Below are positions 17,548-28,111 of a DNA stretch of 64,000 bases, piece by piece; position 1 is the first letter of the stretch; every line of letters begins with the position of its first letter. The position numbers and the translations under genes were made by a program. Source of the stretch: a virus; the IMG/VR virus record IMGVR_UViG_3300000318_000003, one strand, 5' to 3'. The notes beneath the pieces were generated by a model that searched no databases, had not been told where the DNA came from, and was given only the letters and a program-made list of their open reading frames with translations.

Positions 17548-17822
17548 TGGCAAGACCTTCAAGACCAATAGAATTAACTTTAGATGGAAATACTGCGGCC
17601 ACTACTATTCAGTTTGCAGATACTTTGTATGTTATTACTTACAAAGGTAGATTTATGACAGAATGTCAGACTAGATACTCAACTAATCTACCTAGAATTA
17701 GATTCAAGACATTTTGTTCTAAGATATCTGCAGTAAAATCTGCAAAGAAGTTTAATGAGAAATTTAAAGTTAGCGATTTTGGCGTTCAAGAAATAACCAT
17801 GGAGATGCTTAATGAGCTTTAA
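17547..17822 (+). CDS. Hypothetical protein (91 aa)
   Basis: Coupled ORF in the plus-strand operon. Confidence 0.65.
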   Translation: MARPSRPIELTLDGNTAATTIQFADTLYVITYKGRFMTECQTRYSTNLPRIRFKTFCSKISAVKSAKKFNEKFKVSDFGVQEITMEMLNEL

Positions 17823-18312
17823 TGATGAAGAAATTACTGCTGAAATAATGGGATCAGAGCTCTGGGAAAAGTTCAACACTGAATTCCCCGATCTAAAGAA
17901 CAAATTAGAATCTGTTTACGTAGCAATGTCTTATCGCAACAGGGCTATAGAAAAGAGAAAAATTGAACTAGTCAAGAAAAATGAGTTGTTAGGACAGGCA
18001 ATTCAAGATCTTGCAGCATCTGAAAATCTTACTGAGAAAGAAAAAGATGCTAAAGAGCGAAAGATAAATTCTTTCATTATGCATAATGAAAAATATGCGA
18101 ATCACACTCAAACAATCACCCAGCAAAGAGATGTGCTAAAGAAGATTGTCGATCTTGCTAACTTAGCATTCGGCACAAGTGTTCATGAAAAGAAAGAAAA
18201 AACTATCGAGCCTTCTAAGCCTATTGAAGGAAAAGTTAGTCATAGCTTTATCTTTTATAGAAAAGTAGACAAGGAGTGGATTACTATTAAGGCAAATGCT
18301 AGGTACCACTAA
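17812..18312 (+). CDS. Hypothetical coiled-coil protein (166 aa)
   Basis: GGAG RBS, heptad-rich. Confidence 0.65.
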   Translation: MSFNDEEITAEIMGSELWEKFNTEFPDLKNKLESVYVAMSYRNRAIEKRKIELVKKNELLGQAIQDLAASENLTEKEKDAKERKINSFIMHNEKYANHTQTITQQRDVLKKIVDLANLAFGTSVHEKKEKTIEPSKPIEGKVSHSFIFYRKVDKEWITIKANARYH

Positions 18313-18316
18313 AAGA

Positions 18317-18350
18317 AAAGCCCCAAAGCTTCTTTACGCGATGGGGCTTT
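18317..18350. terminator. Probable bidirectional terminator between convergent operons
   Basis: AAAGCCCCA-16nt-TGGGGCTTT flanked by A and T runs. Confidence 0.65.
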
Positions 18351-18469
18351 CTGTTGACGCCTTAGCCGGGACTATCAACGGTACCAAGGTAGTGGTATTC
18401 TGTGAGTAGTGATAATAAAGACAGTTGCTCCAAAACTGAGTTCTTTTTCCATATTATATAATCTTCAAG

Positions 18470-18706
18470 TTATTTATTAGTTTTTGTAGCTTTTGGCTTT
18501 AATAGCTTTTCTTTTAGCTCTTCGACCATTGGCGCAATATCGGAGTGCTTATACTGCTTTGCTTCTTTCTCTAAAGTAGCGTAGCGATACATGTCGCCAT
18601 CACTAATGCTTATTACACGCCAGCCATCTTTAGCTTCTTCTGTGCATAATTTTTCAAGTGAGTCATAACCGTGCCCGGTGTCTTTTATTCGTTTGTATTC
18701 GTACAT
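18470..18706 (-). CDS. DUF4177-like small protein
   Basis: YEYK...EEAKDGWRVIS pattern. Confidence 0.55.
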   Translation of the reverse strand: MYEYKRIKDTGHGYDSLEKLCTEEAKDGWRVISISDGDMYRYATLEKEAKQYKHSDIAPMVEELKEKLLKPKATKTNK

Positions 18707-18969
18707 TACAGTTTCTGAATCAATGAGTTAATTAGAGGAGATGCACCGTTCTTACTAGGGGGAACAAGAATACCTGCTTTGACTGCCGACAACTCTTGTA
18801 GAGTCATTCCGCTGTCATCTAGCTTTTGCTTGAAGTCATTGAAGATGTTTACACGCGAAGTATGATCATCTTCGCTCTCACCTTCATAGTAGTTGGGATA
18901 AGATAGGAATGCGTACAGATCATTAATCTCTGTAGGCATTATTTTTGGAGGTGCTTTAAGTTTTTGCAT
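18706..18969 (-). CDS. Hypothetical protein (87 aa)
   Basis: TATAAATA at 18992-18999, 22 nt upstream of the start. Confidence 0.6.
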   Translation of the reverse strand: MQKLKAPPKIMPTEINDLYAFLSYPNYYEGESEDDHTSRVNIFNDFKQKLDDSGMTLQELSAVKAGILVPPSKNGASPLINSLIQKL

Positions 18970-19020
18970 AGTTACCCTGTTGTTGAGTAACTATTTATAC
19001 AGGCCACTTAATTTTGATTC

Positions 19021-19221
19021 TTATTTACGGCGCTTGCGCAGATCTGCTCTACGTGCTTCCATATCTTCTTCGTACTTCTTGTGATCTGAGTGCTTCTTTT
19101 CGTACTCACGCTTTTCAGAAAGAGCTATGGCCACCGCTTGCTTCTGCGGCTTGCCTGCTTCTACTTCTTTCTTAATATTTTCGCTAACAGTTTTATCTGA
19201 GCTACCTTTCTTTAATGGCAT
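19021..19221 (-). CDS. Small basic phage protein (MPLKKG...QAVAIAL family)
   Basis: Recognisable recurrent phage N-terminal motif; AAAGGA RBS. Confidence 0.7.
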   Translation of the reverse strand: MPLKKGSSDKTVSENIKKEVEAGKPQKQAVAIALSEKREYEKKHSDHKKYEEDMEARRADLRKRRK

Positions 19222-19223
19222 AA

Positions 19224-19478
19224 TTATTCCTTTGTATTATCGGTTGATTTTGGCATACTACGTTCTATATATCTCTCAAACGAGGTATGTCCAGCTATAA
19301 ATGCCAAATAGGCAATGTAGTATTCGGGATTAAGTGTTCCTGCCCAAGCAAGCTTCAACACAATAACCATTGCAACAATGTGTCCTATAATAGCAAGATA
19401 GCGGCGTATTAGAATACTACCGCGATTGCCATTAAGCGGATTTGTCTTTTTCGTCTGTACTGGTTTTTTCTGCAGCAT
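19224..19478 (-). CDS. Two-TM membrane protein (holin/antiholin candidate)
   Basis: Hydrophobic YLAIIGHIVAMVIVLKLAW and YYIAYLAFIAG; overlaps the upstream holin candidate. Confidence 0.5.
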   Translation of the reverse strand: MLQKKPVQTKKTNPLNGNRGSILIRRYLAIIGHIVAMVIVLKLAWAGTLNPEYYIAYLAFIAGHTSFERYIERSMPKSTDNTKE

Positions 19479-19740
19479 CACATGTCTCCGGATCACTTGC
19501 TCTATTATGGAAGTGACCACATACTGGGCAAACTTTTGGCTCAAGTGATGGCTTAATTAGCCTATCCCACACCCAGCCTACAATCATCAAAGAGGTGTAA
19601 ATCACTGTAAGCAAAATAGCCCACTGACTAAGGGGAACACCGAATAGAATTAATCCCGCAGTTGCCACCGGTGGTATAGTTTTTATCATAGCTGATCCTG
19701 TAATAGCATCTGCTGCACTTGAAGTAATCTCATCACGCAT
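19432..19740 (-). CDS. Holin candidate
   Basis: IPPVATAGLILFGVPLSQWAILLTVIYTSL resembles class II phage holins; CTAAATA at 19761-19767 upstream. Confidence 0.55.
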   Translation of the reverse strand: MRDEITSSAADAITGSAMIKTIPPVATAGLILFGVPLSQWAILLTVIYTSLMIVGWVWDRLIKPSLEPKVCPVCGHFHNRASDPETCDAAEKTSTDEKDKSA

Positions 19741-19780
19741 TTCTTGTCCCTTTAGTTTTATATTTAGCATATTTTTACCT

Positions 19781-19978
19781 TCAGAAGATTAAAAACATCC
19801 TTGTTGGAGTCAATCCTGTAGGCGCAACATATTGTTTTGCTCCCACAAATGGCACCCCATTATAAACGAAGTCGAGTGAATTTGTGTTCTGCCCGACTTT
19901 CGATTCCACTTGAACAAAAGGGACTCCTTCATATGCGAAGTCCAATGTTCCTAAATCATTTGCTGTAGGTAAACTCAT
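19781..19978 (-). CDS. Small tail-associated protein with internal LDFxYxGVPFV duplication
   Basis: 65 aa, coupled to the tailspike gene. Confidence 0.6.
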   Translation of the reverse strand: MSLPTANDLGTLDFAYEGVPFVQVESKVGQNTNSLDFVYNGVPFVGAKQYVAPTGLTPTRMFLIF

Positions 19979-22272
19979 GCCTGGCTCACTGTGAAATCGT
20001 CAACATAAACACTTGCATTAGCACCATAACATTGAACAAATAACTGAACCACACCTTGCACACTTGGTGTAAATGTAATTGTCAATTGTTCCCACGTATT
20101 GATCGCAGCCGATGCCGATGCCGAAGTAGTAGAAACACCCGCAATTTGCCCACCGGGACATACAAAGTTTGTTGTCAATGAAGTAGATGTTCTATAAACC
20201 CATATGCTTGCAGTAACTAAAGAAGAAGCATTGCAAGCAACAGTAGCCACAGGGAGACTAAGCGGCGAAGTACTGGTTGCAGCACCAAGAACAGTTGCAG
20301 CATTATTGCTTGTCATCTTCCAGCTAATACCGCTTGCAGTATGTCTTGTGCTTGTATCGGTTAAGATATTTCCGCGATATGTAGGATAGTAAATTCTATT
20401 ATCAGTAGAAGATGCATTATAACCTTGCCAGTAAACTGTAGGAAGTTCTGGCTGTGATGTAGATACTGTAAAAGTAGCAACAGTGCCCGAAGAAGAAGTG
20501 TTATTTAGTAACAGTGTTGAATTGCCATACATCTGAACTGCAGAAGCAGTTCCGCTTATTGTTCCATAATTTATAGTGTTGGAACCGTTACTTACACAAG
20601 TAACACCATAAGAAGTACCGGATACTGTAATACCACTTAAATTGACAATATTGTTCACTCCGTTAGCAAAAACAATATTCGAAGCTAAACCGGTTGCAGA
20701 TGGTGGCGCTGTCATTGCTGATGTGACATTGATTATATTGCCTAATGTAGATACTGTGATACTTCCTATAATGATATTTTGCGAAACATTATATTCAACT
20801 TTGCCAAGATTATAAGTGCTGTATGATCCACCAATTGACAATCCATATGAGTTAACTGTGGTTGTGTTACCACCGTTTCTTCTACAATTTGTTATTGTAT
20901 AAGTGTTGCCTGTAGAAGTTCCCGGCGATGATGCCAACAAATCTGTCTGTTGATTAGTAAGCCCACCACTCGAATTACTATTTAAATTTACAACTGTAAC
21001 CGATGACTGAAAACCACCAGCATTGGAATTTCTGATACCAATGGTAGCCTGTTGAATATTATTCACAGAAAGTGTGGAATTAGTAAAAGCACTGGATGTG
21101 TTAATTCCATAAGTCAATCCACATAAATTATCTGCAGTAAATGATATATTAAGTGGTCCACCACTTATATTCACACCTGCGTAAAATTTAGAAAAATTTA
21201 TGTTCGAGAATGTAACATAAGAAGCACCGATAGATAAAGCATAACCTTCACCATTATAACTTGCAATATAAGTATCACCGGTTTGTGTACTCATATCAGT
21301 AGTATTCCACCCACCACTAAAGGTAATAGGATTACCGGACGCACCACCTTTAGTAATATTGCCAAATGTTGTACCAGTAATTGAACTATCAACCAGCGAA
21401 CTAGGTAACACAATGGATTCGCGCTTGTATAATTCTACAGTTCCTGTAGTTCCAGAATATCCTTGTGCTTGAACAGTTGATAAGTCTTGGTTGAAAGCTT
21501 GCATTAACGAAATTGTGGTACCATTAATAGAATCAATGTTCCACCAGCCTTCTGTACTAGTATTTCTATTACTAATTAAGGAACTCAATGTTATAGAATC
21601 AGCCGAACTACTTGCTTTACAAGCAAGAATGTTGTTCAACAAAATAGTAGTGGCGCCGCGGTTTTGTGTCCTATACAAAGCAATAGATTGAATAGCAGAA
21701 CCAAGTGCTCCACCAGTATCTACTGTAATACAATTCCATGTTGCAGTAGCTTTAATATATGGAATATTAATTGTATTCACAACTGTAGAACCGGCAGTGT
21801 CTGAACATAAGCACAATTGATAATCATTGTCTGCTGCCATTGACCCTGCAGACATATACAACCAGAAACTAACCTGTTGATACGAACTAAAGTTCTGCGA
21901 AGAACCTAACGCAAAATAGGCAATTAATCCAGTTGTAAAAGAAGCAGTTGCTGATATGCTGGAACTAGTGGCACCCAATTTACGAGTTGTGCTAGTTGTA
22001 GAAGATGCGTTTGCATTTGTAGACCAAGCACCGGTAGCCTGAGAAATATTGCTTGTTACAGCCGTAGTCAAAGTAACAGTCTTAGATCCATCAGTCCATG
22101 TTGCATTCTGACCAGTATCAGTATAGGCTGGACTAGCAATAACACGCACTGAATCCCCAGATGTAGGTGCTTTAGCAGACCATCCTGTAAAACTTTTTAA
22201 GCGTGTAGCAAAAGAGGTGCCAGCAGAGGCATCATTGCCACCGGTAGGGTCAATATACCATGTTGTTGCCAT
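19975..22272 (-). CDS. Tailspike-like beta-helix protein with possible C-terminal carbohydrate-binding domain
   Basis: 765 aa, Ser/Thr/Asn-rich; YIDPTGGND N-terminus; WEQLTITFT...VYVDDF C-terminus. Confidence 0.6.
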   Translation of the reverse strand: MATTWYIDPTGGNDASAGTSFATRLKSFTGWSAKAPTSGDSVRVIASPAYTDTGQNATWTDGSKTVTLTTAVTSNISQATGAWSTNANASSTTSTTRKLGATSSSISATASFTTGLIAYFALGSSQNFSSYQQVSFWLYMSAGSMAADNDYQLCLCSDTAGSTVVNTINIPYIKATATWNCITVDTGGALGSAIQSIALYRTQNRGATTILLNNILACKASSSADSITLSSLISNRNTSTEGWWNIDSINGTTISLMQAFNQDLSTVQAQGYSGTTGTVELYKRESIVLPSSLVDSSITGTTFGNITKGGASGNPITFSGGWNTTDMSTQTGDTYIASYNGEGYALSIGASYVTFSNINFSKFYAGVNISGGPLNISFTADNLCGLTYGINTSSAFTNSTLSVNNIQQATIGIRNSNAGGFQSSVTVVNLNSNSSGGLTNQQTDLLASSPGTSTGNTYTITNCRRNGGNTTTVNSYGLSIGGSYSTYNLGKVEYNVSQNIIIGSITVSTLGNIINVTSAMTAPPSATGLASNIVFANGVNNIVNLSGITVSGTSYGVTCVSNGSNTINYGTISGTASAVQMYGNSTLLLNNTSSSGTVATFTVSTSQPELPTVYWQGYNASSTDNRIYYPTYRGNILTDTSTRHTASGISWKMTSNNAATVLGAATSTSPLSLPVATVACNASSLVTASIWVYRTSTSLTTNFVCPGGQIAGVSTTSASASAAINTWEQLTITFTPSVQGVVQLFVQCYGANASVYVDDFTVSQA

Positions 22273-22469
22273 TATTCAATTACCTCTTGCGTTATTACAG
22301 AACCGTCAGGAAGTGTATAAGCACTACCATCATCGTTCGGTGTTAATTCCATTGCTATTTTATTCTCCAGAGTGTCATCCATTAACGCCCTGAAGAAGTT
22401 ATCTATTTGTTCACGGGTAAAAATGCGATCATTCGCTATGATCGCATCAAGTAATTCTCTTGCTGTCAT
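22272..22469 (-). CDS. Small acidic protein, possible fibre assembly chaperone
   Basis: 65 aa between fibre and spike genes. Confidence 0.55.
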   Translation of the reverse strand: MTARELLDAIIANDRIFTREQIDNFFRALMDDTLENKIAMELTPNDDGSAYTLPDGSVITQEVIE

Positions 22470-25400
22470 TAGTATCCTCTTGCGTAGCTTACTACGTTGT
22501 ACTTACTATTTACGCTGGAATAAATCAAGCCTACAAAGTCCAAAGAACCAACCGCTGTGCTAGGCGTGAACGAAGTTACATCGGTACCAAACTTGGTTTC
22601 AGAAGTGAAACTTACTGTGTAACTACCGGAACCACCTTGCTTAATTTGCAAGTCCATTCTTTGACCATCAACAGCACCAGTGTTAGTGATTATGATGTTA
22701 CCGGTTAAGGTAATAGTTGTTGTATTCACACCAGTCCAGTTGATTGTCTTATTAGCAGCATAAGTTTCTGGATTAACAACCGGTGTTACAAAACCATTTA
22801 TAGCAGTGCTGACATCGATATTATCGGCATACAAAGTACCAGAACTAATATCGAATGTTAATGTATGAGCACCAGATGAAAGTCCAAGTGTTCCCGATCC
22901 TGTGCTTGCACCTAATGCGACACTGTAGGTACTGCTTGTGAAAGAGCTAACAGTGTACTGAGTAGAAGTTCCACTAAAGTAGTTTGCATACAAAGTACCG
23001 GTACTTGGCTGATAACCAAGGCTACCGGAGTCAGCCTTTAATGCTTGATTGCCAGAAGTAGCACCAACAAATGTAGGATACAAGATGCTTGCAGAAGTGC
23101 TATCATTTGTAATGGCCGATGTCGTAGAATTGATGCTTGTTGCATTACTTGCAGCAGTAATTCTACCATAAGCATCAACTGTGATACTTGCTGGAGAATA
23201 AGAACCAGCAGTTACAGCAGTAGTTGCAAGATCAAGAACAGGTGTAGCACCTCCGGTAGAAGTGATTCTACCGCTTGTTCCGCTTACCGATGTAACTACA
23301 GAACCATTGCTTGCTGCGGTTACACGTCCATAAGCATCGACAGTGATATTTGCAGCAGTATAGCTACCAGCAGTTACAGCAGTAGTTGCCAAGTCAAGTG
23401 TAATACTTCCCGAAGAAGTAATAGGACCACCTGTGTTTGTAAGTCTGCTGGAGTTAGTAAGAACAGCAACGTAAGTTACAGTTCCGTTACCACTACCTGG
23501 AGTATAACCAAGAGCAGTTGTAACGTCTGTAGAGGTAAGTGTGATAGCCCCAGTTCTGCCATTAAAGCTTGATACTGAAGAACTTGCTCCGTTACTTGCA
23601 GCAGTGATTCTGCCATACGCATCGACAGTAATATTCGCACTTGTGTAACTACCAGCACTCACTGCGGTCGTAGCAAGCGATAAAGTAGGAGTTGTAGTAC
23701 CAGTTACTGTAATTTGTCCACTTGTTCCGCTTACTGAAGTTACAGGAGCAGTTCCGCTACTTGCAGCAGTGATTCTGCCCTTGGAATCTACAGTCAAGGA
23801 AGCATAGGTATAGCTGCCAGGAGTTACGGCAGTTGTTGCAAGGTTAGCAGTAATAGAACCAGAAGTAGTAATTGGGCTACCGCTGATAGTAAAATCAGAA
23901 CTAATCAGACCTACGCTTGTTACAGTACCAGTGTTGGTTGTATAACCAGCAGGGTTTGTAGCATTGTAAGGAGTGTAACCAAGTGCAGAAATAACGTTAG
24001 CACTAGAAGCACTAGAAGCAGCAGTTAAGCGTCCTTTGCTATCAACAGTGATATTCGCAAGCGAATACGTTCCGGCACTTACCGCAGTGTTAGACAAGGT
24101 TGTAGCAAAAGAACCAGTTCCGCTACCGGTCACATCACCGGTTAAGGTAATTGTCTGATCACCAGTGTTTGTTCCGCTAAGGTTAGAAGCAGTAATGGTT
24201 CCAGTTGCAGTTACATTTCCGCCAAACTTAGAGTTACCTGCAGCAACATGCAATGCATATGGATTAGTAATTGTTACATTATGTCCATTTGTAGGAGCAT
24301 TCTCGATGTACAGTGTACTCGCTTCAGTATAAGTTACACCAGTATTGACTGCATCAAGAGTTAATCTACCTAAGCTAGCAACTACACCAAGTGAGTTTGT
24401 TCCGCTTGTGCTTGTGCTATTATCGTAGATTGTATCAGCAGGAGATCTAAATGCAGTACCCAGAGAGATATTCGATGCGGGCATTGCACCAGGGGAAGCA
24501 GAATAGAATGTGCCTGTCTTAACAGTTCCGTAGATACCACCGAACACATTGCCAGCAAGTTGCCCAGTTCCATAAACTTCGAAGTCACCAGTGTCACCTG
24601 CTCTACCTGCAAATGCATATCTCTGTCCAAATATAATCTGACCTTGAGTTGTAATAGGACCAAGGTTAGTACCGGCAGTGTTGACAGTAAATGTTCCTGC
24701 ACTTGCAGTTAAGACAGTGTAATTTCCATTGTAACCACTTGGCACAATACCACTTAAAGTAACAGTTTGCCCTGCAGAAATAACTTGCAAACTACCAGCG
24801 TAGTTGATAGTAGCAGTATGCGAAGCACTTGTTCCGCTTGTTGTGTTGATCTGAGTTGCACGATTGATATAACCAAGGGCACCACTTGTTACAACCGATC
24901 CAGTTGTAGTATTCGCATAGCTTACGCTTGTAGAAGTAGAAGCAGTTACAATGTAACTTCCATTAAATCCACTAGGTGTAACACCGTTTACTGTGATAAG
25001 TTGTCCAACTGCGTAAGGACCGGAGAATAAATTAAGAGTAGCAGTAGTACCGTTACCAGAACCACCGAGCACAATGTTGTTACCACCGACTGCATTATAG
25101 AAATCAGAGATAATACCGATATCAGCACCATTGTCAGTAGTGATCCAGCCACCGGACGAAGTGTTTAACGAAATTGTTGGGTTAACATAGTTAGTAACCG
25201 AAGAGTTACTTGTTGTAGTTGTCCCAAGAACGTTCAGGTTACCGCTAATTAAAGTATTTCCGTTTACTGACAAGTCACCACCGACTGTTACACCATCAGT
25301 TGTAGAAACACTGTAAGGAGTAATTGCGTTAAGACCGAAAGTTAATGTTCCAGAAGAAGTAATTGGGTTACCGGAAATTGTAATTCCGTTGTTCGCAATC

Positions 25401-27340
25401 ACGTCTACCGAAGTAACAGTGCCAGGAGTATAACCAAGAGCAGTTGTAACGTCAGTAGAAGTAAGTGTGATAGCACCTGTTCTTGTATTAAAAGATGTAA
25501 CTCCTCCACCAGTTCCGTTAGTAGCGCTTGTAATACGTCCTTTGCTATCGACAGTAATATTCGCGTTTGTATAAGAACCAGCAGTTACACCAGTTGTATT
25601 CAAATTAGCAGTTATTGTTCCGCTAGAGGTAATAGGACTTCCGCTAACAGTCAAATCAGTGCTAGACAAAGCAACCGAACTTACAGTTCCTAAAGGTGTA
25701 GAACTTCCGTTTACGTAAGCACCGGTAGAATCTACCTTAAGTCTAAGTGTGTTTGCAGCGCCAATAAGCACAGTATCGGTCATTGTCGAATTGCCGTAAA
25801 GGTTACCGATGATAGTGTTATTGCCATTTGTTGTTACAGAGTAACCTGCTTGAACACCGATTAAGATGTTACCGCTACCGGATGTAACTGCATTGCCGGC
25901 ATCGAAGCCGAGGAATGTGTTGTTAGAACCAGTTGTTAATGAGTTATCAGCAAAAGAACCTACACCGACGTTGTTACTACCAGTAGTAACATTACCTGCA
26001 GCACCGTAGCCTAAGAATGTGTTCGAAGAATCAAACTTGATATTACCATTAACTGCTGTATTCACATCAGCGTTTGTTAAAGTAATGGCACCTGTTCTTG
26101 TATTAAAGGATGTAACTCCGCCACCTGTGCCATTGCTTGCAGCAGTAATTCTACCGTAAGCGTCAACAGTAATATTCGCATTTGTATAAGAACCTGCAGC
26201 AACAGCAGTTGTCGAAAGATCAACAGTAATGCTACCACTAGAAGTAATTGGGCTACCGGATGTAGTAATTCTACCGCTTGCTCCATTAACTGAAATGCTT
26301 GTTACTGAACCTGGAGTGTAACCAAGAGCAGTTGTAACGTCTGTAGAAGTAAGAGTAACAGCACCTGTTCTAGAGTTAAAAGAAGTAACTCCGATAGGTG
26401 TAATCCACTTGAGTTGTCCACTAGAACCTTGTGAACTAAGAACTTGTCCACTAGAACCATAGCCATTTCCTGCAGTTCCAAGATACAACGCACCAGAACT
26501 ATTGTATTCGTAACTTAACGTTGGGCCTAAGTAGAAAACAAGATTAGTATCGGCATCGAAAACAATGTTATTTGCATTTATTCTTGCAGTTCCGCCAAGT
26601 CCTGCATTAACACTGTCACCTGCATTGATAGTAACGTCACCACCAGTACCGGACGTATTAGTCCCTGCATAATTTCCTGCGCTAATATCGATATTACCTG
26701 CTTGAGCAATACTTGTTGTAACTCCAGAACCCACTGCACCAGCATCGATGCTGATGTTCTTGTTATAGATAGTAGAAGTATTAGAGATGTTACTTGCAAA
26801 GATAGCAAGTCCGTTATTGTAAGATTCAATACCGGGTGCAACGTTAGTAGAGAAGTTACCATCGCTAGGAACACCAATAGTAAGCAAGTTAACACCGGTG
26901 CCACTATTTGTTGTGAAAATTAACTTGTTGTCACCTACAAGAGTACCGGCACTATTTCGCTGAACAGAACCAAGCACACCAGTAGGAGTTGCTCCACCAC
27001 CTGTGCCATTGCTTACAGCAGTAACTCTACCATATGAGTCAACACTGATATTCGCATTTGTATATGAACCTGGTGTTGCTCCCGATGGAGCAAGACCCAT
27101 TGTAATTGTTCCGCTAGAAGTGATTGGACCACCGCTAGAAGTAAGTTGTCCTGGAGAACCTGCAACTTGAACACTTGTAACTGAGCCAGTTCCGCCACCA
27201 ACTAAGTGACCACCGGGTGTTACACCATCTTGCAAGAACAATTGATTTGTGTCAGTCGCAACAAGCAACTCACCAGGAGCACCTACTGTTACAGCAACTT
27301 GGGCCGCAGTGCCGTTTCTTAATATAACTTCTGATGCCAT
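22469..27340 (-). CDS. Long tail fibre protein (1623 aa) with Mtd-like N-terminal anchor and modular repeats
   Basis: LRNGTAAQ...GELLVATD...DGVTPGG start; 8 GxYxxxxITVDxxGRxT repeats; 4 SFNxRTGAxTL repeats; YadA-like NTFLG/NNVGVG stack. Confidence 0.85.
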   Translation of the reverse strand: MASEVILRNGTAAQVAVTVGAPGELLVATDTNQLFLQDGVTPGGHLVGGGTGSVTSVQVAGSPGQLTSSGGPITSSGTITMGLAPSGATPGSYTNANISVDSYGRVTAVSNGTGGGATPTGVLGSVQRNSAGTLVGDNKLIFTTNSGTGVNLLTIGVPSDGNFSTNVAPGIESYNNGLAIFASNISNTSTIYNKNISIDAGAVGSGVTTSIAQAGNIDISAGNYAGTNTSGTGGDVTINAGDSVNAGLGGTARINANNIVFDADTNLVFYLGPTLSYEYNSSGALYLGTAGNGYGSSGQVLSSQGSSGQLKWITPIGVTSFNSRTGAVTLTSTDVTTALGYTPGSVTSISVNGASGRITTSGSPITSSGSITVDLSTTAVAAGSYTNANITVDAYGRITAASNGTGGGVTSFNTRTGAITLTNADVNTAVNGNIKFDSSNTFLGYGAAGNVTTGSNNVGVGSFADNSLTTGSNNTFLGFDAGNAVTSGSGNILIGVQAGYSVTTNGNNTIIGNLYGNSTMTDTVLIGAANTLRLKVDSTGAYVNGSSTPLGTVSSVALSSTDLTVSGSPITSSGTITANLNTTGVTAGSYTNANITVDSKGRITSATNGTGGGVTSFNTRTGAITLTSTDVTTALGYTPGTVTSVDVIANNGITISGNPITSSGTLTFGLNAITPYSVSTTDGVTVGGDLSVNGNTLISGNLNVLGTTTTSNSSVTNYVNPTISLNTSSGGWITTDNGADIGIISDFYNAVGGNNIVLGGSGNGTTATLNLFSGPYAVGQLITVNGVTPSGFNGSYIVTASTSTSVSYANTTTGSVVTSGALGYINRATQINTTSGTSASHTATINYAGSLQVISAGQTVTLSGIVPSGYNGNYTVLTASAGTFTVNTAGTNLGPITTQGQIIFGQRYAFAGRAGDTGDFEVYGTGQLAGNVFGGIYGTVKTGTFYSASPGAMPASNISLGTAFRSPADTIYDNSTSTSGTNSLGVVASLGRLTLDAVNTGVTYTEASTLYIENAPTNGHNVTITNPYALHVAAGNSKFGGNVTATGTITASNLSGTNTGDQTITLTGDVTGSGTGSFATTLSNTAVSAGTYSLANITVDSKGRLTAASSASSANVISALGYTPYNATNPAGYTTNTGTVTSVGLISSDFTISGSPITTSGSITANLATTAVTPGSYTYASLTVDSKGRITAASSGTAPVTSVSGTSGQITVTGTTTPTLSLATTAVSAGSYTSANITVDAYGRITAASNGASSSVSSFNGRTGAITLTSTDVTTALGYTPGSGNGTVTYVAVLTNSSRLTNTGGPITSSGSITLDLATTAVTAGSYTAANITVDAYGRVTAASNGSVVTSVSGTSGRITSTGGATPVLDLATTAVTAGSYSPASITVDAYGRITAASNATSINSTTSAITNDSTSASILYPTFVGATSGNQALKADSGSLGYQPSTGTLYANYFSGTSTQYTVSSFTSSTYSVALGASTGSGTLGLSSGAHTLTFDISSGTLYADNIDVSTAINGFVTPVVNPETYAANKTINWTGVNTTTITLTGNIIITNTGAVDGQRMDLQIKQGGSGSYTVSFTSETKFGTDVTSFTPSTAVGSLDFVGLIYSSVNSKYNVVSYARGY

Positions 27341-27357
27341 TTATATTCCTTTATTTC

Positions 27358-28107
27358 TTATCTAATTATTGTTCCGGTAACCGATCCCAGATTTACTACA
27401 ACATTGGGAAGATCTGTTACCGAACCAAAATCAATTCTTGCTGTAACAATTTCTGTGACTTTTCCGCAGTTTAAGTTGCCAACTATTACACCACTTTGAG
27501 CAGATCCACTTCCGCCACTTGTGGCTGATATCACTCTACCTTTCGAATCAACTGTAACAGTTGCATTGGTATAAGTGCCAGGAACTACTGTAGTATTGGA
27601 CAGCGTAGTATTTATAGTGCCGACACCTACACCAGTTACATCTCCTACTAATGTCGTTGTGCTACCAGAACCTCCACCTCCCCCGCCACTAGAACCACCT
27701 GCTTGAACAGCTTGTAAAGAAACATTAGTTATACGTCCTTTACTATCAACTGTGATTACAGGATAGTTATTAGGATCACCGAATGTTCCTATTGCTTTGT
27801 TAACAGTGGAAAGTTGAAGATTGTTGCTACCGACAGTATTATAAACGTCGCCAGTAAAGACAGGGAGAAGTTCAGTCCACGAAGTTCCATTACTAACATA
27901 GGTGTTGCCACTATCGTATGCTAGGTAGACTGAATTAGAATTTGTAGGTGCGCTAGGTAGATTTGCTTGTAAACCTACCTGAACATTGTTTGCACCGTTT
28001 GTTGAGTTATTACCAGTAGATTGAAACCAAAACGCCCACGGTTGAGTAACTCTCCCGTTTGCGTCAGCAATATTAAATCCTAATGGTATTTGAGATGTAT
28101 TCGACAT
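27358..28107 (-). CDS. Tail needle/fibre-like protein (possible displaced gp26 counterpart)
   Basis: GRVTQPWAFWFQ N-terminal motif; two TVDSKGR repeats. Confidence 0.5.
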   Translation of the reverse strand: MSNTSQIPLGFNIADANGRVTQPWAFWFQSTGNNSTNGANNVQVGLQANLPSAPTNSNSVYLAYDSGNTYVSNGTSWTELLPVFTGDVYNTVGSNNLQLSTVNKAIGTFGDPNNYPVITVDSKGRITNVSLQAVQAGGSSGGGGGGSGSTTTLVGDVTGVGVGTINTTLSNTTVVPGTYTNATVTVDSKGRVISATSGGSGSAQSGVIVGNLNCGKVTEIVTARIDFGSVTDLPNVVVNLGSVTGTIIR

Positions 28108-28111
28108 CTAC

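Noticed and set aside
18375-18452. 25-aa minus-strand ORF (MEKELSFG...) in the convergent gap
   Set aside because: No RBS and no supporting features.
22469-27340. Diversity-generating retroelement suggested by the Mtd-like N-terminus
   Set aside because: No reverse transcriptase ORF and no adenine-mismatched template/variable repeat pair seen.
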